NCBI GenBank assembly: GCA_944320965.1 | Contig: CALUJO010000001.1 | Location: 11,458-75,457, forward strand | DNA length: 64,000 nucleotides | Direction of reading: 5' to 3' | DNA from: an uncultured Bacteroidaceae bacterium | Lineage (GTDB): Bacteria > Bacteroidota > Bacteroidia > Bacteroidales > Bacteroidaceae | In this document: positions 28,216-37,412 of the stretch, piece after piece | Layout of the letters: every line of letters begins with the position of its first letter | Position numbering within the stretch: the first letter of the stretch is position 1 | The notes under the pieces: model-generated | Seen by the model: only the letters and a program-made list of their open reading frames with translations | What the model was told of the DNA's origin: nothing | The model's database searches: none | Program-made: the position numbers and the translations under genes

Positions 28216-31200
28216 TTACTGATTGTTCTTAAGTTTTTCAAGACGTACATCAATCATTGAAGCAATATCGTCTTTTTCATTATAGTTCTGCTTCAAACTG
28301 AGAAGGAACTGACGTGCATCAATATTCTTTCCTTGCTTCATATATATATCTGACTGAAGAATAAAGCTTCTTGCCATCCAATATGCATGTGGAGTTCCTT
28401 TCTCTATATAATCCATAATTTCTTTCTCTGCCTCCGAATCATTGCCGGCATTAAAATACAATTCTGCAACCCTATACTTAGCCTCAGCACCATACACATT
28501 ACGAGTATCTCCAGAAATAGTCTTCCATTCTTTCATTGCAGAATCCTTGTCTCCCATATCCATATATGCAATGGCACTTAAATAATGGGCTTCAATAGCA
28601 AGCTGTGGATCAACTTTTGAATGCTGCAAAAGTGCGTTAGCAGCCTCAACAACCGTCTTGCTGTCATTAAGCTTTTCTGCACATCTCATAATTCCGGTTT
28701 CGGCAAGAATCTTTCTGTCTTCCATAGATGCCATATCCCTCAAACTGCGGTATGCGGACATTGCCTTTTCAAGATCTCCGGTTTCATAATATATCTCAGA
28801 AAGCATGACAAGCGATTCTTCCGCAAACTGACTTGCTTCGGCACTATTGACCTTTTCAAGATAAGGTATCGCTTCCTGATGATTCTTTTCATTATACTTG
28901 TAAAGTCCTATGTAATAGTTGGCATTTATACTGAACATTCCATCAGGATAGTCTTGAAGATATGCTTCCATTGCATATGCGCCTCTCGGTTTGTCACCGT
29001 TCATGTATATTCTTTCAGCAGCAAGATAAGTCAATGAATCCTTTTCTGATACTTCAACAGAACCTCCATTACCGGTTGTTCCAAGGAATTTGAAATATTC
29101 ATCAACCTTATTCTGGTCAATATAAAGGTTTCGTAAGTCATTCTGTGCCTGTCCTGCTTCAGGAGTTCCAGGATACTTGCTGATTACATTCTTATATGCC
29201 TCTTCAGCCTTACTGTAATTCCTGTTCTGATAGTACAGCAAGCCTATTTCAAACTCTGCTCTACGCACATACTGAGAAGAAGGATATCTGTTTATAAGTT
29301 CTGTATATGTAGCTATCGCCGCAGTATTGTTTTCAGAAAGCACATAAGCCCTTCCTTTTTCAAAAGTAGCGTCATCACAATATACTGATTCCGGATACTT
29401 TGATATCATCTGGTCAATCTGTCTTATCTTGGCATCATAGTTCTTCTGTAAGCCAAGAATAAAGGAACGCTGGAACATTGCATAGTCACTCTGGGCAGGG
29501 TCTGTCTTTGCAGCCAAATCATAGTATTTCTCTGCTTCATCAAAGTTTCGGCTTCTGTAATAACAGTCACCCATTCGGTTCGCCATATCAGCCTTAACGT
29601 TTGCCTTCATTGAAGAAGATACATTCTCCGAACGACGGAAATAGGCAAGTGCCTTTCCATACTGTTTCTTCTTGAAGTTTATATATCCAAGATTATAAAA
29701 TGCCATAGCATAAGTCTCCGTGTTCCTGTCATTTTCAATCTCTGTATACATGACAAAATCATTTGCGGCATTGTCAAAGTCATTAAGTCTGTAATATGAT
29801 TCACCACGCCAGTAAAGAGCATCAGCCTTTGCCTTTCTGTTATATTGTCCCAAAGCTATTGAACGGCTAAAAGTTGAAACAGCATCAGAATAGCTTCCAT
29901 TTGCAAACTGCTCAGCACCGTAACGCATCAGAATTATCTGCTTGGCTTCAAGAATCTTTGGAGTCGGATTCTTGATTTTATCCATTGATTCAAGAGATGA
30001 TTTATATGATGTCGTTGCAAGATAGGCATCAGCAAGATATTTGCTTACCATTGCCGTATATCGGCTTTGCGGATACTCGTTCAGTAGTCTTTCAAAAACA
30101 GTAACGGATTCGTTGAACGGAGAATATGATGTTTCATGAATACAAAGGGCATAATTGTAAAGAGCCTGCAAAGTAACATCCCTGTTAAACGAAGAAGACG
30201 AAGCATGGGCAAAAGCCATTCTCGCCTTTTCTGTATCACCCATTCCAACATTTGAAATACCTATATGCAGGTAAGCATTCTGACTCAATGCATCATCAAC
30301 ATCAGTAACTTTTGAAAGGTATTCAACCGCCTTTGTATATCCTCTTGTGTTGAAATAACTCATACCGAGCATATAAACAGCCTCTCTTTGTGGAGCATTG
30401 ACAGAAGTACAATAGCTTTCAAGAAACGAAATAGCATTGTTATAATCATTCAATCTGTAAAGCGACTGTCCCTTTATCCTGTACAATTCATTTATATCAT
30501 TACATTCATTGCCGTATGTCTCCAAAATATTATTTACTGCAGACAAAGCCTTTTCATATTTTCCTTCCTTATAAAGGATATCCGCAATATACCTCTGTGC
30601 ATCCTGAGCATATTTCTCATTATCCGTTAATTCAGAAAACTCATTATATGCCTTTTTCAGGTTTCCTTCAGAATAATAAATATGAGCAAGATTATAGGCA
30701 GCATCATCCTTATACTTGCCGCCAACCTCCTTTAGCACAGAAAAATTCAGTTTTGCTATTTCTGTTTTTCCTGTTTCCCTTGATGATACGGCAAGAGCAT
30801 ACATACCTTGCTGACAATCATTATCCGGAAGCATAAACAGATCACACTTGTCCAAATATTCAAATGCTTTATCATATTCGGAATATCTGAAACTATTGTC
30901 ACCGGCAATGAAATAGAGTCTGTTTTTATATCCGGTATAAGGATAGTCCTCAAAAAATCTCTCCACATCAGAAGTTTCAAGTTTATTCATTCTGTATCTG
31001 GAAGAGATTATCATATATCTTATTTTCTCCTGATTCTTTATATCATCTGTTCTTTTAAGAACATTGCAGAGCTCAACCTCAGCAGCCTGATAATTTCCAT
31101 TTTCAAAAAGAACTTCACTTCTTCTCAAACTATTGTCTGCATTGGGCACAGTCGTTGTCTGCGCATTCACACCGCATAGTCCGACAAGAAGCATGGAAAA

Positions 31201-31227
31201 TAAAACCGCATATTTTTTTATTCTCAT
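28216..31227 (-). CDS. tetratricopeptide-repeat protein (secreted, 1003 aa)
   Basis: It has a signal peptide, then more than 15 TPR-like units with recurrent A..Y..G..Y..A and Y....A.......P patterns. Confidence 0.75.
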   Translation of the reverse strand: MRIKKYAVLFSMLLVGLCGVNAQTTTVPNADNSLRRSEVLFENGNYQAAEVELCNVLKRTDDIKNQEKIRYMIISSRYRMNKLETSDVERFFEDYPYTGYKNRLYFIAGDNSFRYSEYDKAFEYLDKCDLFMLPDNDCQQGMYALAVSSRETGKTEIAKLNFSVLKEVGGKYKDDAAYNLAHIYYSEGNLKKAYNEFSELTDNEKYAQDAQRYIADILYKEGKYEKALSAVNNILETYGNECNDINELYRIKGQSLYRLNDYNNAISFLESYCTSVNAPQREAVYMLGMSYFNTRGYTKAVEYLSKVTDVDDALSQNAYLHIGISNVGMGDTEKARMAFAHASSSSFNRDVTLQALYNYALCIHETSYSPFNESVTVFERLLNEYPQSRYTAMVSKYLADAYLATTSYKSSLESMDKIKNPTPKILEAKQIILMRYGAEQFANGSYSDAVSTFSRSIALGQYNRKAKADALYWRGESYYRLNDFDNAANDFVMYTEIENDRNTETYAMAFYNLGYINFKKKQYGKALAYFRRSENVSSSMKANVKADMANRMGDCYYRSRNFDEAEKYYDLAAKTDPAQSDYAMFQRSFILGLQKNYDAKIRQIDQMISKYPESVYCDDATFEKGRAYVLSENNTAAIATYTELINRYPSSQYVRRAEFEIGLLYYQNRNYSKAEEAYKNVISKYPGTPEAGQAQNDLRNLYIDQNKVDEYFKFLGTTGNGGSVEVSEKDSLTYLAAERIYMNGDKPRGAYAMEAYLQDYPDGMFSINANYYIGLYKYNEKNHQEAIPYLEKVNSAEASQFAEESLVMLSEIYYETGDLEKAMSAYRSLRDMASMEDRKILAETGIMRCAEKLNDSKTVVEAANALLQHSKVDPQLAIEAHYLSAIAYMDMGDKDSAMKEWKTISGDTRNVYGAEAKYRVAELYFNAGNDSEAEKEIMDYIEKGTPHAYWMARSFILQSDIYMKQGKNIDARQFLLSLKQNYNEKDDIASMIDVRLEKLKNNQ

Positions 31228-31248
31228 ATAAATAAAAGTATTCGTTGT

Positions 31249-31662
31249 TTAAATCATAGCCAAGGCTTCGTTCTCAGCCTTTTCCATTATTTCCCTTTCA
31301 CCGGGTCCTTTATCGTTTATTCCGCAAAGATGAAGTACTCCATGAATAATGGTTCTGTGCAATTCTTCATTATAATCTGTCTTGAATTCCTCCGAATTTG
31401 TCCTGACCGTATCCAGACTTATAAACAAATCCCCGGAAATAATATTGTCCTCGCAATAGTCAAAAGTTATTATATCTGTATAATAGTCATGCTGAAGATA
31501 TTCACGGTTCACTTCAAGAATCTTTTCATCCGAACAGAAAATATATGCAATATCACCAACCTTTCTACCATATTTAGCTGCAACTCTCTTTATCCAGTCT
31601 GTTGTTTCTCTCTTCTTTATTGACGGCATCTTGACTCCGTCTGTCTGATATGTCACTGCCAT
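31249..31662 (-). CDS. ybeY: rRNA maturation RNase YbeY
   Basis: HGVLHLCGINDKG zinc-binding motif. Length is 137 aa. Confidence 0.85.
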   Translation of the reverse strand: MAVTYQTDGVKMPSIKKRETTDWIKRVAAKYGRKVGDIAYIFCSDEKILEVNREYLQHDYYTDIITFDYCEDNIISGDLFISLDTVRTNSEEFKTDYNEELHRTIIHGVLHLCGINDKGPGEREIMEKAENEALAMI

Positions 31663-31693
31663 AATTGTTTATTTTATAATAAATAACAAATTG

Positions 31694-31701
31694 CAAATTT
31701 A
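31694..31701 (-). promoter_or_regulatory. -7 promoter box for the ybeY-TPR-barrel operon
   Basis: The minus strand reads TAAATTTG, 32 nt upstream of the ybeY ATG. Confidence 0.45.
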
Positions 31702-31753
31702 CGAACTTTATATAATGTAATATCTATTATTCTATATTTTAAGTTATTGTTTC

Positions 31754-32986
31754 TTAATGAAAAAAGAAATAGCTTATGACAATTGCAGCAACGATACCCG
31801 TAAAGTCGGCAATCAGTCCGCATGGAAGTGCATGTCTTGTCTTGCGGATACCGACACTGCCAAAATAAACTGCAAGGATGTAAAGAGTAGTATCAGTTGC
31901 CCCTTGCATTATGCTTACGGTATGACCCACAAAAGAATCGGCTCCGTAATGTTCCATAGCCTCAACCATCAGTCCGCGCGCACCGCTTCCGCTCAGCGGT
32001 TTCATCAATGCCGTAGGAAGAGCCGGAACAAAGTCGCTGTTTACTCCAAGCATTGAAACAAAAGCGGCAATTCCGTCAATTATATAATCCATTGCTCCTG
32101 ATGCCCTGAACACGCCAACTGCAACAAGTATTGCAACAAGATAAGGGATAATCTTTATCGCTGTATTGAATCCGTCTTTTGCACCTTCAATAAACGACTC
32201 ATATACATTTATCTTTTTAATCATTGCCGAAACAATGAATATTATGATAATAGTGAACAGTATTATATTCGCAATCAGCGTAGAGTAAGTATTCATCGTA
32301 TCCTTGTCAAGACCAGCAAACAGATACATTATACCGGCTATGAACAGCGAAACAATTCCGAGGAATATAATAATGGAACGGTTCAGCAGATTGATTCTCT
32401 GATATACAGAAACTGCAATAAGCCCGGCAAGAGTTGAACAGAATGTTGCAATAAGTATAGGCACAAAAACATCGGTAGGCTGTGCAGCTCCCATCTGCGA
32501 ACGGTACATCATTATGCTTATAGGAATGATGGTAAGACCTGAAGTATTCAGTACAAGAAACATTATCATAGGGTTTGATGCCGTATCCTTATCCTTGTTC
32601 AGTTCCTGTAGTTCCTTCATAGCCTTCAATCCCAACGGTGTAGCAGCATTGTCAAGTCCAAGCATGTTGGCCGAAAGGTTCATGAATATGCTTCCGTTCA
32701 CGGGATGACCTTTGGGAATATCAGGAAAAAGACGGCAGAACACAGGACTGAGCAACCTTGACAAAGCATTAATAACACCTCCATTCTCCCCAACTTTCAT
32801 AATGCCAAGCCATAGTGTAAGTACACCTGTAAGACCTATCGACAGTTTGAATGCCGTTTCAGCCGAATCAAAAGTAGACTGAACAATGGCATTGAATACC
32901 GTTGTATCACCAAGAAAAAGGACTTTTGCCAAAGCAACGACAAATGCTATCAGGAAGAAACCTATCCAAATATAATTGAGAGCCAT
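31754..32986 (-). CDS. nucleoside-recognition-domain membrane protein (SpmA/SpmB-like fusion)
   Basis: Start is set at Met 32986 (MALNYIWIGFFLIAF...). It is polytopic, with two Gate-like halves. Confidence 0.6.
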   Translation of the reverse strand: MALNYIWIGFFLIAFVVALAKVLFLGDTTVFNAIVQSTFDSAETAFKLSIGLTGVLTLWLGIMKVGENGGVINALSRLLSPVFCRLFPDIPKGHPVNGSIFMNLSANMLGLDNAATPLGLKAMKELQELNKDKDTASNPMIMFLVLNTSGLTIIPISIMMYRSQMGAAQPTDVFVPILIATFCSTLAGLIAVSVYQRINLLNRSIIIFLGIVSLFIAGIMYLFAGLDKDTMNTYSTLIANIILFTIIIIFIVSAMIKKINVYESFIEGAKDGFNTAIKIIPYLVAILVAVGVFRASGAMDYIIDGIAAFVSMLGVNSDFVPALPTALMKPLSGSGARGLMVEAMEHYGADSFVGHTVSIMQGATDTTLYILAVYFGSVGIRKTRHALPCGLIADFTGIVAAIVISYFFFH

Positions 32987-33158
32987 AATCTTCAAATATT
33001 TAATATGGTACAAATATACGAAAAGCCGCGCGCAGAGGCAAACAGAAAACGCAGTTTTCAGGATTGGCTCTGCCAAGTCGTATCCTATATTATTCAAATA
33101 TAAACAAATGCAGCCAATTCAAACGAACCGGCTGCACTTCAATTATAAATAAATTTTA

Positions 33159-35399
33159 TTATTTCTTCATTATGAAACGTATATTCTTTGCCTTAACAAA
33201 ATCGGCATGAGGAATTGTGTAGTCCTTATATCTCTTGCCGTCTATTTCAATATGGTCAATATATATTGAGTTACCGCCTTCAGGGCGTAATGTTTCCAAT
33301 ACAACCTTGTCATTTCCCCAATATTTAGGGTCAAGCTTTATTTCAACACGGTCAAATACAGGCGAAGTGAATGTATATGTAGGGTCGCCCGGACAGTCAG
33401 GATAGAATCCCATCATACTGAACAGTGCCCATGTTGACATTGTTCCTGTATCGTCATTACCCGGCAATCCGGCAGGCTCATTACGGAAATGCTTTTCAAG
33501 AAGTTCGCGCACAGTCTTCTGAGTTCTCCATTCTTCACCTTTGAAATGACTGAACAGATAAGGATAAATGATGTCAGGTTCGTTTGCCATATCAAAATGA
33601 TTGTCATCAAATATTCTCTGCAGGTTATCTACAAATTTCTTGTTTCCGCCCATAAGCTTTGCAAGTCCTTTAGGGTCATGAGGAATGGCAAATGTATAGT
33701 TCCATGCACTTCCTTCGTGGAATCCAGGTACAGGCTCAAAGTTCTCTCCCTGTTTAGGATTGAAAGGAGTCAGGAATTTTCCGTCGGGAGTGATAGGACG
33801 CAATGCCTTGTATTCCTTACAGTAATAGTGTTTGTAGCCCATTGAACGTTCAAGGAACAGTTTATAGTCTTCCTTCTTGCCAAGGTCTTTTGCAAGCTGT
33901 GCAAGGTTCCAGTCTGCAATATAGTATTCAAGCGCATGTGATACAGAATTGTCAAACTCTTCTCTCAAAGGCACATATCCGCGGCTCATATAATCATCGT
34001 TGTCCGGACGCATAGGGTTGTCCTTTCCAGGAGTTGTAGCTGATTTGTACATTGCTTCATAAGCAAGGTTTATATCAAAGTTCTTTAGTCCTCTTAACCA
34101 TGAATCGGCAATAACACACAATGAAGGGTCACCTTCCATTGTAAATGTTTCGCGTCCGTAAAGTTCCCATTTTGGCAACCAGCCCCATTCCTTATACATG
34201 CCAAGCATTGTATTTATCATATCAAGCTGGCGGTCAGGATAGATAAGAGTATTCAATATATGCACATTGCGGTATGTATCCCACAATGAGAACACGGTAT
34301 AACGGTCACCATCTGTTTTTCCAATACCGTCACTCTCCATCATAGGATATTCGCCGTTAACATCCTGAAGAATGTTAGGATGGATCTGAAGATGATACAT
34401 TGCCGAATAGAAAATTGTACGCTGGTCAGGAGTTCCGCCTGTAACCTGTATTGTAGAAAGTGCGTCATTCCACATATCGCGGGCATCCTGTCTTACTTTC
34501 TCAAAATTGAATTCAGGCTGTTCTGCATTCAGGTTTTCCCATGCATTTTCAATACTTACATATGAAATACCCATCTGTACTTCAATCTGTTCGCCTTCCT
34601 TGGCATCATAGCTGAAGAATACGCCTATATCATCGCCTGAGATTTCCTTACGATACTTTGTATATATCTTATACTTACCGTTATCCTGATCCCATTCAGC
34701 CTCAACTCCTGTCATAGGACGCTGCATTTTCCAATAACCTGAACTTGCAGGTTTCTTGTTGATACGCATTGCAAAGTAAACAGGGAACACGGCCTGACGT
34801 GTATAACAGAATGTACCGAAAAGCTTTGTTCCTTCAATTTCAGTATCACTTATAAAGCGTACTGATGCACCTGTTTCATTTGTCAGTCCTTCACCAAGGT
34901 TAAGCAGTACATTTGCCTGACCTGCAGGGAATGTAAATCTTGATATTCCTGTTCTTTTTGTTGCCGAAACTTCGGTCTTGATATTATATTTTGTAAGAAC
35001 ATTGCTGTAGTATCCCGGAGTTGAAACTTCATCCTTATATTTGCTTCCGTATTCCTTGTATTTTACATTAAGCTCACCTGTTGTAGGCATAAGAAGAAGT
35101 GAAGCCATATCAGGACAACCTACTCCGCTAAGACTTGTGTGGGCATAGCCTGTAAAGAAACAGTTTTCACTTGTATAAGGTGTTGACCACCATCTTGCGT
35201 CCTTGTCATACTTGTTCTCATCGGAACCCATTACATTGAAAGGTACAACCGACATCATACCGACAGGGCATATCGCACCAGGATTTGTCGTACCAAAATT
35301 GGCAGAACCGATAAACGTGTTTACATAATCGACTGGTTGCTGAGCAAATACACTTATTGACATTGCAGCAGCAAGAAACGATGTTTTAAGTTTTTTCAT
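33159..35399 (-). CDS. GH92 family alpha-mannosidase
   Basis: It has a signal peptide, the N-terminal VDYVNTFIGS pattern, and length and motifs typical of Bacteroidetes GH92 alpha-1,2-mannosidases. Confidence 0.85.
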   Translation of the reverse strand: MKKLKTSFLAAAMSISVFAQQPVDYVNTFIGSANFGTTNPGAICPVGMMSVVPFNVMGSDENKYDKDARWWSTPYTSENCFFTGYAHTSLSGVGCPDMASLLLMPTTGELNVKYKEYGSKYKDEVSTPGYYSNVLTKYNIKTEVSATKRTGISRFTFPAGQANVLLNLGEGLTNETGASVRFISDTEIEGTKLFGTFCYTRQAVFPVYFAMRINKKPASSGYWKMQRPMTGVEAEWDQDNGKYKIYTKYRKEISGDDIGVFFSYDAKEGEQIEVQMGISYVSIENAWENLNAEQPEFNFEKVRQDARDMWNDALSTIQVTGGTPDQRTIFYSAMYHLQIHPNILQDVNGEYPMMESDGIGKTDGDRYTVFSLWDTYRNVHILNTLIYPDRQLDMINTMLGMYKEWGWLPKWELYGRETFTMEGDPSLCVIADSWLRGLKNFDINLAYEAMYKSATTPGKDNPMRPDNDDYMSRGYVPLREEFDNSVSHALEYYIADWNLAQLAKDLGKKEDYKLFLERSMGYKHYYCKEYKALRPITPDGKFLTPFNPKQGENFEPVPGFHEGSAWNYTFAIPHDPKGLAKLMGGNKKFVDNLQRIFDDNHFDMANEPDIIYPYLFSHFKGEEWRTQKTVRELLEKHFRNEPAGLPGNDDTGTMSTWALFSMMGFYPDCPGDPTYTFTSPVFDRVEIKLDPKYWGNDKVVLETLRPEGGNSIYIDHIEIDGKRYKDYTIPHADFVKAKNIRFIMKK

Positions 35400-35433
35400 T
35401 ATTTATTTGGTATTAAAATGTTTTCCTTGTTTA

Positions 35434-35441
35434 CAAAGATA
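35434..35441 (-). promoter_or_regulatory. -7 promoter box for the GH92 gene
   Basis: The minus strand reads TATCTTTG, 35 nt upstream of the ATG at 35399. Confidence 0.45.
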
Positions 35442-35640
35442 AGCATTATTCTTAAATACAACACATTATACAATACTTTTGCTATACCATATAAATTATT
35501 TCTGAGTACAAATAATATTATACTTTTCAATACAAATTATAATGATTTAAACAGGCTATTCATGTACAACAAAAGAAAATAGCATTTGCATTCCAATAAA
35601 AAAAGGCTTTAAAAATTTGGAAGATATCTGCAAAAGCCAT

Positions 35641-35648
35641 TATCTTTG
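35641..35648 (+). promoter_or_regulatory. -7 promoter box for tRNA-Gln
   Basis: TATCTTTG, 32 nt upstream of the mature tRNA 5' end. Confidence 0.45.
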
Positions 35649-35679
35649 CAATGCTTTTGAAACGAAGCAATCATAAGTT

Positions 35680-35750
35680 TGGACTATGGTGTAATGGCAG
35701 CACAACAGGTTTTGGTTCTGTTTGTCCAAGTTCGAATCTTGGTAGTCCAA
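35680..35750 (+). tRNA. tRNA-Gln (anticodon UUG)
   Basis: Hand-folded cloverleaf. The acceptor stem TGGACTA pairs with TAGTCCA. The anticodon stem ACAGG pairs with TCTGT, around loop TT-TTG-GT. The T-arm is CCAAG-TTCGAAT-CTTGG and the discriminator is A. CCA is not encoded. Confidence 0.85.
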
Positions 35751-35760
35751 CTACAAAAAA

Positions 35761-35788
35761 CGACTCTGAATAATCAGAGTCGTTTTTT
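35761..35788 (+). terminator. intrinsic terminator after tRNA-Gln
   Basis: Stem CGACTCTGA/TCAGAGTCG with loop ATAA, followed by T6. Confidence 0.7.
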
Positions 35789-35862
35789 GCAATATGCTAT
35801 GAAACTATCTATATTGAATAAAATAATGTTTAACTCATATAAAAAAATTACTCTGTAACAAT

Positions 35863-36468
35863 TTATTTTAAATATTTAATAATGAAATAAATCAAATATG
35901 CAGAGTCTGATTTTATATAAATACCATCTGTTTTATTACGTATTGTTATACATAATTGGTCAATATATTCCATATTAAGATTCACTATATCTGACAAATA
36001 ATAACTTTTATGACCAGAATCTATAAAATCAATAGTATCATTAAATATAAATATTTGTCTTTTTGCTGTTTGATTTTGTTGATTTAACCAAACCTCAGCA
36101 GATACTTTATAATAGCACTTTCTGCCATAACATATTGCATTATCATATTTTATTGGGCATAATACTTTTGCTATTTGAGACTTAATCGCATCTAAAGACA
36201 TATTTAATACATATGAGTTACTCTGCCTCACAAATTTCTTCATTACAGAATTTAAATCTATAACATTTTCACATCTATATATCGCTGAACAAAGTTTTTT
36301 TGTTTTATACAAAATATATTTATTTTTAATCCAATGTATAATTAATCTTATAAGGAACATTAGAACAAATATTAATAATAATCCTTTAGCCCAACTTTCA
36401 TTAGTATAAAATACACATGCAAAACAAATCACACCTACTATATACCACCAATTACTAATTTTATCCAT
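35863..36468 (-). CDS. hypothetical membrane protein (2 N-terminal TM helices plus about 140-aa soluble C-terminal domain), island gene 4
   Basis: 201-aa ORF in a block that is about 18 % G+C. TM helices are WWYIVGVICFACVFY and GLLLIFVLMFLIRLII. Its ATG lies 1 nt after the stop of the upstream ORF. I recognise no family. Confidence 0.55.
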   Translation of the reverse strand: MDKISNWWYIVGVICFACVFYTNESWAKGLLLIFVLMFLIRLIIHWIKNKYILYKTKKLCSAIYRCENVIDLNSVMKKFVRQSNSYVLNMSLDAIKSQIAKVLCPIKYDNAICYGRKCYYKVSAEVWLNQQNQTAKRQIFIFNDTIDFIDSGHKSYYLSDIVNLNMEYIDQLCITIRNKTDGIYIKSDSAYLIYFIIKYLK

Positions 36469-36469
36469 A

Positions 36470-36832
36470 TTATGCTTTATAATTTAAAATACCTATTATA
36501 TAAGTTGCTAATACACAAATCAAGAATGTTACCCTGAATATATCCCAAGAATATTTTAATCTATAATCAAATTTTTCTACATTACTATTTCTATATTTAA
36601 ATTGTTGTGAAACAACTTCTTCAAAATTCTTATAAGTATATATCATAATTAATAAAGGGAATATTATACTTAAAATACCCGCTGATAACAAAAATTTAAG
36701 CATTACACTTTTATCTGATAATACATTAGATATGACTATATGTTCCTCATTTAAAAATAATATAATCAAAACTTCTATAAACAAAATTGTTTTAGGAGAA
36801 CGAGATATTAACCAACATAAAAATGTTTTCAT
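36470..36832 (-). CDS. hypothetical small 3-TM membrane protein, island gene 3
   Basis: Start is set at Met 36832 (MKTFLCWLISRS...), 1 nt after the stop of the nuclease-like ORF. It has three hydrophobic helices and no recognised family. Confidence 0.5.
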   Translation of the reverse strand: MKTFLCWLISRSPKTILFIEVLIILFLNEEHIVISNVLSDKSVMLKFLLSAGILSIIFPLLIMIYTYKNFEEVVSQQFKYRNSNVEKFDYRLKYSWDIFRVTFLICVLATYIIGILNYKA

Positions 36833-36833
36833 A

Positions 36834-37412
36834 CTACCACCAATTACGTAACCAGAATTCATTAAACAAATCACTTTCTGAATCTTCTTTATATTCATTT
36901 AAAAATAAATCAGATAGTGGCAAATATCTAAATCCAGCTTCTTTGCAATTATGAATCATCATTTCTGGTATTTCATCAAAACAGGTAATTAGTACATAAT
37001 GTAACTTAAAAATATTCTGATCATAAGTTTCTTCAAATATTTTTCTGTATCTAATAAGTTGATTATCATGTACCTGTGTATATACTTTATTTTCTATTAA
37101 AATAGCATAATGTTCTATTTTACCATTGTATTCTAATTCTATATTTGCATGAAGGTCAATATAATTCCACTGCTTCCAGGTTTCTACATAATTTACTTTT
37201 ATATCTTCATTATTTTCTATTCCTAACAAATTGAATAATATAGATCTGCAATATTTATATAATATAGGCTTTTCTCTACTATAAGTAATTGCTGCACGTC
37301 TTATTGTCCAAGATAAAATATAGTCCAAAATAGTTTCAATATGACCACTATTTTCGCTTGAATCTTTCATCAGTAATGATTTTTCCATAATAAAATTATA
37401 TTCCTTGTCCAA
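36834..37412 (-). CDS. PD-(D/E)xK nuclease-like protein (short, 184-192 aa), island gene 2
   Basis: Ordered motifs: helix Glu (HIETILDYILSW), Asp (NYIDLHANIE), Glu-x-Lys (AILIENKV) and Q..RY (HDNQLIRYRK). The start is either 37412, giving a 17-nt overlap with the upstream ORF, or 37388. Confidence 0.55.
   Translation of the reverse strand: MDKEYNFIMEKSLLMKDSSENSGHIETILDYILSWTIRRAAITYSREKPILYKYCRSILFNLLGIENNEDIKVNYVETWKQWNYIDLHANIELEYNGKIEHYAILIENKVYTQVHDNQLIRYRKIFEETYDQNIFKLHYVLITCFDEIPEMMIHNCKEAGFRYLPLSDLFLNEYKEDSESDLFNEFWLRNWW

Noticed and set aside
31754-33097. Long form of the SpmA/SpmB-like ORF, and the long forms of 14068..14532, 21604..24159, 39374..40531, 40927..41763, 57720..58475 and 58551..61202
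   Set aside because: In each case an internal Met gives a proper signal peptide, TM start or conserved N-terminus. The upstream extension runs into a promoter or a neighbouring gene.
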